In this document: positions 1 to 13,579 of the stretch, in pieces | How the letters are laid out: each line of letters begins with the position of its first letter | Numbering within the stretch: position 1 is the stretch's first letter | From: Trichosphaerium sp. ATCC 40318 | Taxonomy: Eukaryota > Protista > Tubulinea | Direction of reading: 5' to 3' | Assembly: GCA_038496445.1 (NCBI GenBank) | Contig: JALMLS010000256.1 | Span: forward strand, 186,001-250,000 | Length of the DNA: 64,000 bases | Position numbers and translations under genes: made by a program | Notes under the pieces: generated by a model | The model's database searches: none | What the model was told of the DNA's origin: nothing | Seen by the model: the letters and a program-made list of their open reading frames with translations, nothing else

Positions 1-297
1 GAAGGAGAGTATAAGCATTGGCATAAGAATGGTCAGTTGTTTGAGCATTTTACTTATTCTAAAGGTAAGATGGAAGGAGAGTTTAAACGTTATTATGACA
101 ATGGTCAACTACATGCACATTGTAATTACATAAATGGTAAGAGAGAAGGAGTGTTTAAGGAGTGGTATCAAAATGGTCAGTTACAGTGGCAGTGTAATTA
201 CGTCAAAGGTAAAATGGTAGGAGAGTACAGACGATGGTTTGAAGATGGAGAATTGAATGAGAAACGTAGTTACAGTAACGGCATAGAAATATGGTGA
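1..297 (+). CDS. MORN-variant (YwqK/MORN_2-like) repeat protein, 5'-partial
   Basis: Frame 1 is open from base 1 (EGEYKHWHKNGQLFEH...). Repeating G-E-(Y/F)-K-x-W-(Y/H)-x-N-G-Q-L units; TGA at 295-297. Confidence 0.85.
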   Translation, partial: EGEYKHWHKNGQLFEHFTYSKGKMEGEFKRYYDNGQLHAHCNYINGKREGVFKEWYQNGQLQWQCNYVKGKMVGEYRRWFEDGELNEKRSYSNGIEIW

Positions 298-596
298 CAG
301 AAACCAATTCTATACACAGTGAGTATTATAATTACGCCAGAGATGTCATCACAAGTACAAAAGATGTCTCTGAAATTGTGAAATAGATTGAAATGTATTC
401 GGTTATGAATTTTGGAACATGTGCCAAACTAAAGTTACAAACTCTTTACACTGTTGAGATATTCATATGATAAACGAAGGAAGTGTAGTTTTTGTACAGC
501 AAAGGTATTTACATTTATTTACAATCTATTTACACGTCTATTTACAGTTCTTTGTGCATGTTTTGTACAGTTTCTTTTTTTTTTTTTGCTGTCCTT

Positions 597-1897
597 TCAG
601 AGTGTCGTCAGCCACTTTCTCAGTGATTCTAGAGAGAATAGCGATTCTGATAGTAATGGATCCTTCAGTAGCCATTTCGCTGAGTGTTTGTATACATGAC
701 AGTTTTCAACAAACTGACATACAAGCGGAAATGCTTTTTTTCTGTTGTTTAATTCTCTTCTTGAAGACGATAAAATAAGTTCGTTTAAAAGCCATAAATT
801 ATCGCCGTCAAGACTAGAAGTATCAGCAGATATGACCAGACTTCCTCCAATAGCCAACTGAATAGCCATACTAAATAAGAATAAGCACAAAGACTCGGAC
901 GACGGAAACGAAAAAGATCCAAAAAAAAGTTGGAAGAAAAGTAGAAATGAACAAAAAACATACCTTCCAAGCGCTACAATGTCGTCTTTTTTCGTGTATC
1001 CCTTACTCTGAGATGTTGGGTTTACATATCCAGTAGTACCAATAAAAGTACAATCACCATTTTTATCACGTGGTGCGTTCTTTCCATCACGTGCGTAACT
1101 AGCTAGACCAAAATCTGCTAATTTTATTTCTCCACTTGTCATAACCATAACATTTGCTGCTTTGATGTCGTGATGAACTATTCCCGACTGGTGTAGTTTA
1201 TCGATTGCTCTGAGTGTATTCTTTAATATAAAGGCAATAACAGGTACTGTTAAATCATGGTCCTCTGCTAGTTTTCTTGAATCACACTTTGCGAAAGGCA
1301 TGACAACACAAGCGCTTGTTGTGTTTGCGAAAAGAAACAAAGGAGCAAGAATGTTCTTATCCTTCACCATCGCTTGGAATTTTGCTTCTGTTGCCTATAA
1401 AAGAATAATGTATTAGTAAAGCACCCAATAAAAGAATAAGAACCAAAAAAGAAAGTGTCGGTTCGCACAACTCGGATCTTTTTCCTTTTTTTTTTGGTTT
1501 GGGTTTAAATTATTTAATTTAAAATGAGATGCGTAGAAAATATCTTACGAGGCTTATTATTTGTTCTTTTACTTCTTCTTGTTTTTTGTTCTTTACGTTG
1601 GCGAATTTGATAGCGACATCTTGTCCTGTCTTTTTGTCTGTCGCTCTGTAAACAACACCGTTTAACCTAAACAAGCGCTCTCATGTTAGTTTACATACGC
1701 TTGTACAGCAATTATAAGGCGTACCCTTGTCCTAACGGTGGATTGTGAACTTTGAATCTGCTTGAGGCTACACGCTCTCTTTTGGTTGGTGTGACAAAGG
1801 ATAACCAGTATTTGAGCTTTTGATGAATTCTAAGTCTTGTAGTTTTGAGTTCTGAGGGAAGATACTTTGCGTCTACTTGTAAAGAGTGCGCAAGCAT
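597..1897 (-). CDS. Ser/Thr protein kinase (STE-like, divergent), about 3 introns
   Basis: Spliced: LGQG|LNGVVYRATDKKTGQDVAIK, HHDIKAAN, KLADFG, GTTGYVNP, DIVALG. The APE motif is replaced by VNP. Confidence 0.85.
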
Positions 1898-2855
1898 TGT
1901 AGATTAATATGCCTTGATATGTTATAAAGTGGCTGTCTACGAGCTGTTGTGTAGTTCAAATAAGTTTTTGGGGTTTTACTTTTTAATTATTTACCCGAAT
2001 GCTTAAACTCACGAGAACCGCAAGAATTCAACTAATATTCACTAGTGCCTTGTATACACTGGTATAATAACGGGTTTTGATAGAATTCTATTAAAACGTC
2101 CCATGTAAATAAAAATTGCCCGCTTGTAGAACAATCACGCGTAGTAGAAGGCAAAGCGCTATTGTTCTTTGCCTTAAAATTTATCTTTTCTGTGAATAGC
2201 GCTCACGTCTATTTCCCCGCGACTGCAGCGTCATCAAACTATTGACACTTTTACAAACGCTATCCTACCGTTTTCACAAGAACGCTTAAGAAAAACAGTG
2301 CACACGATTGTTTGAACGCGTAATTTTCACTTCCCTGTCGCATGGGACGAAAACAAAGCTATTTGTAGCTACAAGGCTGTTTTGACTGAAAGCGAACAAT
2401 GACATTATCTGTGACGAGACCTTCTCGGACTAACTCGCGGTAAAATAGTGTAAAAGGCCCGTATTATGTTAAAAATACCAATGAAATATAAACCAGCTAT
2501 GTAGCTAATGTTATATGCCTACAGAGTATGCTATAAAGTAATACATTGTGCGCAATGCCTCCCGGATTTTCTTGAGTTCTGAAATTACCAAATAAAACGG
2601 AATACCCACGAACAAGTTCTTCCGTAATCAGGATAGGTTGAACCTATGTCGCGTACTGCCGCTTCAACAAGTGATGTTGGCATCCTTTCCGTTTAGGGGG
2701 TAGTCTATGCCACAGCTATTGAACTAAGAGTCGGGTAGACTGAGCATTTTTGAGTGTAAATAAAAAAGCTTGAGCATCTATTGTAGATACTGCATAGTGG
2801 TACATGGCTTTGTCAGCTACTACCATGTGCCGTCACAGCAAAGCTTCAAAATTTG

Positions 2856-3716
2856 TTAGTGCGGACTTTGTTGGGAACTGTGGATACATATCAATCTCCC
2901 AAATAGTTTGGATTTTTCCAAAAGATACAGTAATTGGTACACCAGAAGAGATTTGCTGGTTTGTTTTGTGTCGATTTTTTTGTTTTTTTTTGTCATGTCT
3001 TTATTCCCTTCGCTGTACTGAATCTTCTCAACAACCTTTCCTTTTTTAAACCTGGTATATTCTCCATGAAGTCTGCCATGTTTGTAAAAACAATGAACAA
3101 GAACTCCATTCTCGAAAAAATAGTGTTTTTTGCTGATCATCCTTAAAAGTAACTTGTAGTATTAATCTATGTGATCTTGAATCCTTTTCTCATAAAGAAG
3201 TAAATAGCCGTTGTCATAGATATATTTGTAATTAATAAACAGATACAAACAATCCTCACTTGTAGCTTCACCATGAATAACACCATTTACAAAATTCCTT
3301 TTGGATATAACACGTGGACAAGCATCGCCATTGTAGTTAACATCTTTTCAAATATCCATGAAGACACCCGTGATTATAAGAAGCAACCTCAGTATACCTA
3401 GCACTACTTTTTTTAACTTTGCCATGAATAACACCATCAACAAAGTTACATTCAAACTCAACGTCTTTAGTAAAAGAATCTGAAACAATGTATTTACCAT
3501 GACGTTTACCATTCTTAAAATGCAGTGTATGAACGTTAGTTGCCTTGATGTAGTCACTAGTATCCTTGACAACCTTATAATACTCTCCCCAAAGATTTTG
3601 GATACCTTCTTTTTTCCCATTGACGTATTTCTATGTATTTTTTTGTAAAGTCAATATTCCAAGAAATGAAGTAACATATGGTAGAGGCACATAAGAGCTC
3701 TCCAGGTAAATCAGGC
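2856..3716 (-). pseudogene. Frameshifted F-box-like + MORN repeat gene
   Basis: Manual translation gives DLPGELL (F-box-like), then YVNGKKEG, FKNGKRHGKY, FVDGVIHG, FVNGVIHG, YKHGRLHGEY, in shifting frames with stops. Confidence 0.65.
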
Positions 3717-4289
3717 TATTTAATGTTTTCACTTATTTAACAGTCAGAAAAAGGTGCTATGTGGCCTGTATAATATTATGATTGAGATATTATTGCTAAC
3801 CTGCTTGTAACTTAGATTCACGCGTTCTTGTTGATCTACAATACCAGATTGGAGGAGAGAATACGTCTCACTCAGCTTCGATCCCCTGGATCATGTAGCC
3901 AGAGACCCTTCCCATTTATTAAATTGGAGTTATCTCTTGTACATATACAACAAATTACATAAATCAATTGAAACATTCAATCAATCAACACAAAAACTTT
4001 TTGAATCGTAATCTGCCATTGTATAGAACTGCTACTTGCTGATGTTGTTTTACGATACTACCGTACTTAAACAATTACCTCTCACTTATCAAACGCCAGT
4101 AAAATACTTATTTATACTGTCATAATTCTTTGTACAGTAATAGTGACTTTAAGGAACGCTCCCCTATTATAGTGAAAAAAAGTATGAGTTTTTGAGTAAA
4201 AGCTTATTTAGGTATCTCGGTTGTAGTGATCAATCTATTTTTTTATTTTATTTGTACATCCAATAGATTCCATCACATTGTGTTTGTAA

Positions 4290-7037
4290 TCAAAGCTCTG
4301 GCTGAAAAACAGGAAACAAATCGCTATCCTGTGTGCTAATAGAGTCATCTCTTTCTCTTGTCTGAACCAAAATAGTACTAACACTAAGTGTTTCACTATC
4401 AGTTAAGTCAGACTCATTTCTTTCTCGTTTTTTCAACATTGCTGCCTCCTTTAATCCTTTTCCTTCGGACCTTGTAAACTCCGAAGAAGAAGTATCAGAA
4501 TTGGAAAACATATTTGAATCATCACTCTCAGAGAATTCAAAGGGTGTTCCGAAGCCTGAAGGTGTTGCTGCGCTTATACTTAGTGTTAAGCGATCATCAG
4601 TAGCAAGTGAAGGCTGTACAGGGTTTGTAAGGTTTGTTACACCACGTTGAAGGTAAGAAGTTAAGTCTTCTTCTGAGACTTGCTCAGAGTCATTAAAAGG
4701 ATTATTACCAACATACTGATGTGTTGGTAATGGACCACGTGGTGATTCACTTGCTGTTGAACTCAATACACTCCTGGGAGTCTTAAGCTCATGGAAAATA
4801 CGTTGTGGCTCTCGTTCCAAATCAAAGAAACTTCTACTTGCAAAAACAAGGCAAAGAGGAATACCAATACAAAGTGCACTTATAACAAGAACAGCTAAAG
4901 GAGAAGTTAACCCTTTTTTGGTTTTGTATTCAAACTACGCACCTATAACGATGATCATTGTTGTGTTATTGATAGCTACTGCGCCTCCAGGAGTTGTTGT
5001 TGGAGTAACAGTAGAATTAATAGGTGTAGGCTCCGTTAATTCCACAGACGTTCCTCCACATGTAGTAACTGTTACACCGACTTCTTTTGATATATCAACA
5101 AGTGTTGTGATGTTACATAATGCACGCTCTAGTTGGTCAACGGTGAGTGTCATTGACGTTATGAAAACGTCATAAGATGATTGAATTTGACGCTTCAATG
5201 TCGCTGATACTATTGTGACTACTTTGATAGCAGTCTTGCTCTCGATACTCCTACGTAGTAGAGGAATAACGTTAACGTTAGATGATGGCTGTGAAATATC
5301 AACTCGAACCTACAGTACAATCAATCCAAAAGAAGTGCCGAGGATGAAGTTAAGAGAAAAAAAAAACGTACAACAGTGGTTGTATCTTCAGGTATTTGAA
5401 CCTCTGGTAGTAATATATCCTGACGCTCTTTATTGAAGAAGAGTACCCCTATAGAACTAGTCCGTGATCTTTCTTGTTTTGAAAACATATAGGCTACCTA
5501 GAAGCGCATGAATACAAGTTAAAACTCATTCAGAGAAAGTTTCGGCTCAAAAAAAGAAAAGACATAAGAACGTACCAAGATATCTTTGTAGAGGCTACCA
5601 TAGCTCACTCTTGGTTCAATTGGCTTATGTGTTAAATCTTTAATAGCAACTGATGTACTATTATTACCATCAAAGCGTGTAATCCATAGTCTATTATCAG
5701 TTCTGTTCTCATTTGTGTATATCGTAACAAATGAGTTATATATGCCTTTAATTGGCTTTAAATCTATGCCAGGGGCAATAGTTGCATTGTGTATAAGTTG
5801 TTGCGGTGTTTTAAACACAAAACCGGTCTCTACTGCTTCTATTTGATGTGTTTGCGCTATAACTTTTGTATTGTTTCGACTCCAAGATACAATTGCTATA
5901 GACTGAGCAACTGGGTTATAAGACGTTCGTATATGGTTTAAAGGCTCTGTAGAATCTTCGACAAACGTCTGACCAGCCTAATAAGGAAATTAGAATGAGA
6001 GAGGCTTCAATTTTTTTCGAAAGGTTCAAGATTAAATAAAAACTCTTGTTATGAAAGAACGCACTCGTTTTGATGTTTGTATTGTGTTGTAATGTAATTG
6101 ATTGTTGGCAGTCCACGTGACAGTTATACAATTACATTCAGATCCGCCATATGTCGCTTGTATATCATGCACGGCCGATGAGATACCTATGGAGAGTTGA
6201 TGGGGTTTTTTTTGGAACGATTTAAGAAATGAGTTTGATTACCATCTAAGATCCTCTCGCCACCCAAAAGAAGTTTTGTAGTTGTGTGCATGAATAAATA
6301 AGCACATAATTCAGGGGTTTTGTGGTACAGAATAAATAAAGACCTATCTCCTATACAAGCAAGTAAGCAACGGAAAAACTTAAATTATCAAAACAAAAGG
6401 AACCGTTAGCTCACCAGGATTGTACGCAAGATTAAATCTTGTTCTCGTACTATGATTAACTGTGTATAATAGTCTATTTTCTTGTAGTGCTATTTGCTAA
6501 ATAAAACAGACATTAGCTACGCCAGGAAACCACAATTTGTGCATGCAAAAAAAACTGCTAACTTACATTCCCTCCAACAAACTGCACGTGGACAGCCTTT
6601 ACTCCTTTCGGTTCTGGGTTCACCTCGTATACTACTGCAAAAGAGTCTTCTAATGCAATAACTGAAGGATTTCTTGCGTTGGGGATTGTCCATACGTGGA
6701 TTCGGTCCGAAGAAAGCTCTACAATCAACAATTAATATATTTCATAAAAAAAAAAATTGTACCTTGTTTCGTAAACGTCATAATTATCACGCTGTCTTGC
6801 TTTGGTCCGGGACTATGGTCTAATACACTTGTACAAGCAAGTACATAGCGTTCCTAATCGCTCAATAAGCGTATAAATGAGCCACAAGCGCAAAAAAAAG
6901 TAGGCGCCAAACTTGTATAACGCAATATTTGTATGGGTGCTAGACGCGTATGCGTGGTTTAAGAGCGACGTATTTTGTTTTCTGTAAAGCGTTCGTTTAA
7001 ACAGAAGAAAATTGTGTTGGGATGCGTACAATGCCAT
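4290..7037 (-). CDS. Multi-exon single-pass membrane protein of unknown function (start uncertain)
   Basis: Chain of GT-AG exons. Thr/Pro-rich stalk (TEPTPINSTVTPTTTP), then a TM helix joined across an intron (MIIVIAVLVISALCIGIPLCLVF), then a Ser/Asp-rich tail ending 4290. Confidence 0.6.
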
Positions 7038-7593
7038 ATGTTGTAATAGAAGCTATTGTAGGGTCTTTTAGCGAAGGTTCAGTGCCATTGTTTAACCCCG
7101 AAAAAGGTGACAGTGTCGCAACGTCAATCGTCGAAAATATGTCAAAATCTGTGGTTTGTGTGTTGAACGCTGTTGTGGCGAAAGCATGATCTAGTCTGCG
7201 ATTAGATTAACATATATTGTCTATTAATTGCCACAAAGAACGGTAACACCAAACTAGCGCGTGTTTGGAGCGTATATGCAAAAAAAAAGCGTCGCCGACA
7301 CAAAAAAGCATTTTGGACATTAGAACAGATTCAACACGCGTAGGAGAAAACTATCAGTAACGTACGGAAAGTTTGAGAAAAAACTACACAAAATAGGATT
7401 TGGGCTGAAAAGAGCGTATATGGACTCCAATGTCCCATGTTAGCGGAACCAAAACGTTGTTGCGAGAAACTATTTCGCGAATTCTGTCTTAAGACTACGT
7501 TTTAAGCCATTGGCACCGATGTGTACTCTAAAAAGCGTATATTAATTACAAAACCACTATTACGCATGCTTTAAGCTTGTTTATTTTTTTTTC

Positions 7594-9118
7594 TTACAGG
7601 AAGCACTTGAGAATATCCGTAAGCGTAATAACACCTTCTACACCTCCAAAAACATTGACAACCCATACTCTAACGAAGATTATAAGTAAGAATATCAAAA
7701 TACAAAATAGGAAACGAAGAAATCTCAATTTCTTTTTTTGGGTTGCTTATTCAATCGATTCAAGTTGATGTACGAATACACTTAAATCTAGTAAAACTAA
7801 CCAAAGAGGAAAAATTATTTTGCCTTTCGTATCAACTTTTTTCTTTTGGTCCAAAAAAAAACTCGAAGTTCAGAAAAAAAATGTAATAGGCGAAAATGTT
7901 TTTATCGTACCTATGGATTTGATGCTTGCACACATTTACTATGACATTTGATAGTAATTCGCCAGGTGAAACAGCTCCATAGTAAGGCGATATAGCTTGC
8001 TGTCTTATTTTTATGTACTCCAGAACTGGTGAGCGCAGGTCATGTAGATTTGCTTCCGTTGTTCCTGTGATATTTTGTCAGCACGGGAGGTTTTTTTAGT
8101 TGAGGTCAAGTACCTCTTAGATCTGATGAAGATAATGTTCCTGCAATTATCCCTGACTCATCTTCAACAGCAAGTGCTTGTACACCCTTGGCGAACATGA
8201 TTTGAAATCCGTACAAGGCTGTGTGGGAAGTCTTGATCTTCACAACTACAAGAGGGTTTAGCTTTTTCTTAGGTTGTTTTTCTGTCATTACTTACGGTGT
8301 GAAAAGTATGTTCCTGTCTTGAACGCTGTAATAGGCTTCTGAAAAGTTGCTTTGAAAGTATTGGCATTCTTCATGAGGAAGTCCATGACATCAGATTGTG
8401 TGAACATTCGGATTACTCTTTTGTTGGTTTGGTCATCTTTTTGATATATCAGAACTCTATGTACACCTGCAGCCATAACCTAAAATAAGTTAAAGGGGTC
8501 TCTTTTTACTATAAATAATATATGTACCTTTACTACTGATAGCAGACGGGCAGTAGGTTCAAAAAGATGCATCGACTTTCCTTCGTTTGAGCGACCTTGT
8601 TTTTCAATGTCAGCACGTTTTTTGTCGTATTTGTAATTTCGTACCTATCAGTGCCACGGCTGGTGTATTCAACCCTTTATATTTTTGAAAGTTTTCATTT
8701 GTAAAGGCAAACTTAGGCGACCACTAGCGAAGCTACAAGTTAGTGGCGTTGGATTTTTTTGTGTTTAGTTCTGCTTACCTCATCAAATGCCACGTGACCG
8801 AGGATATCACTTAAGTGGAGGATACCTTTGTGAAAAAATATTAAAAAAACCGTTAAACATTTTTGTTCAAAGGAGTTTGAAGCGTACCCTTCCATGAGTT
8901 TTCGGTTTTATCAAAAACGGGACAAGATAGGATGTTTTTCTGTTTAAAAAGCTCTAATACGTCTCCAACAGGTGTATCTACGCGTATGAGCTTGGTTTTA
9001 ATACGTTTTAGAATAAGTTACCTGTATTGCAAAAGAATAGGTCTCTTTTGTTCCCTAGGAGCTCTCCAACGCATATATTCTCTAAAAACTTTATTTCTTC
9101 AGTTGTTGCTGTACTCAT
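7594..9118 (-). CDS. CBS-domain protein (AMPK-gamma/Sds23-like), paralog 1
   Basis: MSTATTEE...KNILSCPVFD, GVHRVLI, MFTQSDVM, GTLSSSDLRG, GVITLTDILKCFL*. Exon structure matches the paralog at 16712. Confidence 0.85.
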
Positions 9119-9440
9119 TGTTGTTGTATTTGTTTTGTTACTTAATGTCCGTTGACTGATGTTCAAACTTTTTCACAACTTTTTCTTAGACGTACATTTT
9201 CTTACGTGTTCTCAGTTCTGATCTCTCCAAGAATCTGTTAGATATTCACGTGTCGTATTGAGTCTTTGTTAGATCAAACGCTGAACAATCATTCAAGTAG
9301 TTCGTGACACTGATGACACGTGATATTACAATCACAAACGTTAGTTACAAGTTTTAGCGTCTTTTTGTGGCTTCAACAGTTGTGGGGGCATAAGTGTCTA
9401 AAATAGCAGTTGAGAGAATTGAAAAAGTTTACTATCTAGT

Positions 9441-12400
9441 CTAACAGATCATTTTATTTTCCTCCTTTTGAACATTTTCTACAATTGTGGGAACAGATGG
9501 CTTTACACTTGAGTTCGTTTCATAAGATTGCCTTACTCTACTTGAGCGTGTGCGACTACTTTCGGTTGAAATGCAAACACAAACTTTGGTCTTGTGAAGA
9601 AAGAATGTGTTGACAGTGATTAGTAGTATCAACAGTTAGTTTTTTTACTTATTGTAGAAAAAGAAATCAATAGGTACCAGAGCCAAGAATAATGAATATA
9701 GAGACGAGAATGAACCTATTGAATCTATTTATATCTGTTGCAGCCAGTATGACACTCAACAATGCGAAGAAAGTGACATTGTAAACAGTGAAGAAGATAA
9801 TCTTTGATTCATTAAATCTTTTGATTGGTATTGCGCGTATTCTGAACGCGTATACACTGCACACAAGCAACAAAATGGCCTAATGTTTAATGTCAGAAGA
9901 GGTACATAGTGTGGGCGTCGTAGAATATGTACATTGGAAGCAGTAATGATGTACAACATGATCTGAAAAGCAGTATCGTAGTCGCAGGAATAATAATTTT
10001 GTTGAACTCTGATCGGATCAACAACAATTACCTTTCTTTCAAATCCCCCAACAGTTGTCTATACAGGACTTTAGCAACTGTACTAAAAAGAACACTTACT
10101 AATAGTATAAGAAGAATGAGGTGACAAACAACAAGAGTTGAAACCCACAACATAACTGTCTTATCGCGAATCGTTATTATCTTCGTTGATTTTAAATAGT
10201 ACAGCCTATCAAGACGAAGAGTCTTTCCAAGTAGTGGTCTAGTAAAAGGTTAAGCATCAACGTATACAAAGCAATGTTGTAGCTACCCGAATAGAAGAAT
10301 GAACCCAAGATCCAAGATCCAGATGGACAATGAACACGTGACTTTTGAGATGATGTTCGGTAACATAGTAAGCACTGAACCGTACAACAACGAGCTCCCA
10401 ACCAACATTAGACCCATGAATAAAGGCGAAGAAGCCTAAGTTATCATCCTTATAAGCAAGCAACCATGCAATATTAATGTACGCACTTTGACATCACGGT
10501 TGTTTAAATTGAGAGGGAGAAAGATTGCCCAACCTATATTGATACAAAAGAATACCCCAGCAACTACTGTCACCAATATTTCAGTCCAATGACCTTATAA
10601 TTACGTCAGGATAAGACGTTAATGTCTTAGAAAGGTAGTACCATAGGTAGGATCAAAGATACGTTCATGCCATTTTGGCATTGGATAGATCAAGTCTGCT
10701 TGTTTGGTTGTAGGTGGTCCTGCGATAAGAACATTAGGCATCTATAAGCAAGTAAGAGATTGTTACCAATGAGAACGTATTTTCCCTTTTCTTGTATTTG
10801 CATGTGTAACCAATCCCTAAACTAAAATGAGTACAGTCAAACCACACGTGACGGGGTTTTTATAGCAAAAATTCAGTTTGAATATTGTCAAACCTTTGTT
10901 GAGCTGCGTTTCCATTCCAAGAGTACTGGCCACCTATTGCACCAATATTCAGACGTATCATATTGTGATACAAAATATCAGCAAGCTATTTGAAAGCAAG
11001 AAATTAGTAAATTGTTTCGGTCAAACATGATAAAAGTTAGTTCTTACACTATTATCTGCACAATTTGTTTCATTCGACGTAACAAGCTCTAATCCAGAGT
11101 CAGAGTTCATCTAGATATTGAAGTAAGACAAGATATTCTCATATTAAGCGTTGTAGGTGTACTCTGATAGCGCCTTCATTTGCTTTAATTGCATTTTTAA
11201 TCGCTGTATTCATGAGAGCCAACAAAGGAGCGTAGGGTCTGGCTATTGGCGAAAACTGGTAACCTAACCTATCCATGTGTCCTTGCTGTATTTTCGTGAT
11301 ATTTCCAAAGTACTTTGTTGGCGGGAAGGTTACATCTTCCAAGAACTGTTTGGCAAACATTGTTACTACAAAAAAAGTAACAAAACAAGTTGCGTACATC
11401 AGCTGACAAAGTGGCATATTGCCAAAGGTCTTGGTCAAATCCTTGTATTACAGAAACATCCTGGATCAACGAAAAGCCTAGATATCTAGGGGTGTAATCT
11501 ACCTGACGCAATGTACTCATTACTGCACTAACAGCGTCTGTGTAGTGCACACAGAACAGCCTAAATTTTATCATTATTATTACTATTGTTAAACCCAGTG
11601 TTTTTATACCATATATCTGCGTCATCTTCTTTGGCCAGTAAGGCTGTTCTTGATATATTTGAGAGAATATCCTCTGGATACTCGGCGTAGGGAGTTTCGA
11701 GGTACAAAAAGCTGTTCCCAAGTAATGTGTGTTGACTCTTTACTGTAAACCCTTGTAGTCTAAGTTCCTCTTTGAAAATATCGCTGGTGCACCTAGCAAC
11801 TACCGTAAGATGTATGCCATCAAGATGGTTAAAACTAGAACCCAGGAGCAGCATCGCATAGAGACAGGATTTCGAAAAGAATTTAAAAATGGTAATCCAT
11901 TAAACCGTACCTAGCTGTGATACCATTTTCTCCTTCAGTGGTAATAATTGTAATCGTTTGTGCGCCAACAACCCGTAGTGAAGGTAAACTGGACAGAAAT
12001 ACTGAAGCTGATGATAGACCTACGGACAGGCAGCAACTATGATCAGCAGATTGAATATTGAATCTGTTACTTGTGGATACTATTTTCGGATATTAGTAAA
12101 TTGATGACGTGTAATTACTCACACATCAGACGTTTGTTGTCATTCATCAAAGATATTATAGAATCAGCATAGTTGGATATTGCTGGAGATAAGAAGAAAG
12201 ATATTGAAGGATCTTTTAGAGCTTCATTGTACAACTCTTTTGTGTAAGTTTCGTTTCTGAAGCCGTTGGCAAACCTTTAGGTAAGGTTAGTTAAAAACTG
12301 ACAATATTCCTTGGAACGGGATTTACGGCGAACTTTGTTAGCTGTAATCTCAATTTTCACCGGGCATGTTGTGGTTCACTATGAACCTGTAGCGTGCCGT

Positions 12401-12962
12401 AAACGGATTGTACTTATGACAACACTCTATAGCTCATCGAAGATGATACTATGTCCATCATGTGCCACTGAAAATTTAGATTACCAGTAAAAGAGGTCAC
12501 CGTAAATCCAGGTCAGTTCCCTACGTACTTAATCTGCAGTCGTATTGTCTCGCCGTTGATAATTAATGGGTCATCATTTTCAACCAGAACATCTGCTAGA
12601 TAATCAATCGAGCGCCTGGTAAACGTAAACAACCTAGTCAAACAAAAACCGGAGTTATGTACAGTATTGATTTGATACCCTCTTCGTCACTTGGCAACCA
12701 GGAAGAAACATGAACTACAACAGGAATTAAAATTTAGAGTTAAAAGTTTCATCAAAATCATAAATTTCTTTGCTCGTTTAGGCCGTAATTTGCTATTATT
12801 ACTGTTTTGCGGAGCTGTTGTAAAAACTAAAATAGCTAAATAGATTTACCGTTTATTCGTACATAATGTAAGGTTACGGTATCCACGTGTATGTAGCATT
12901 AAAGCCAATATCACAACGAAACCTATTATTAAACGTATTTTATTACAACCACCTACGATCAT
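9441..12962 (-). CDS. Class C (GABA-B/Grl-like) GPCR with periplasmic-binding-type ectodomain
   Basis: Signal-like N-terminus, long ectodomain, 7TM exons containing IKRFNESKIIFFTVYNVTFF (the 7tm_3 FNEsK motif). Start is approximate. Confidence 0.8.
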
Positions 12963-13579
12963 AGCGGTAGGCTTGTGTTGCTGTGTGAGCTGTTTGTGTG
13001 GAAGAATTTGGTTTAATAAAAAAAACTCACAGAACTTCAATTGTTGTTTACGTCAACCGGCATTTAGTGTTAAAAATGGGTCCTAATTAGTTTTCAACTT
13101 TAAATACGTTTTTCGGACTCTACGCGGTGGCGCACATACAAAGATCGTAATTTTGTTTTTTTTTGCTTTTGGGAATTGGTAGCCAAAATCAGTGCCCGAA
13201 CAAGCTCAATTTTGCTTTACATACATTCATATTTACTATAAATGTAATTGAGGCTTATTGTAGTGCACATGGGGTTAATCCAAGGAGTTTATCTGCAATA
13301 ATAATGCATCAGCGTTATTTCGGGTCAATTTGTAAGACTTCAAAATGTAACTCCGAGTCGCGGAAGTGATCCCTTGTATTGTGTACCATAGTTCATCATC
13401 TCATGGGACTACACTAGATAACCTTAGTATCCGTTGATAAACCTCCCATAAATCCAACTAGTAAATTTCTTATTTGTGCAGTTTTTTTTGCAGTCATCGA
13501 AGCTTTGAAACGTTTCATGTCTTCACAATGTCAAGTAACTGCTTTGTAGGAAATATATGTTTATTATCTTGTTCAACTC

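Noticed and set aside
3870-3890. tRNA T-arm-like CAGCTTCGATCCCCTG
   Set aside because: No acceptor, D or anticodon arms can be built around it.
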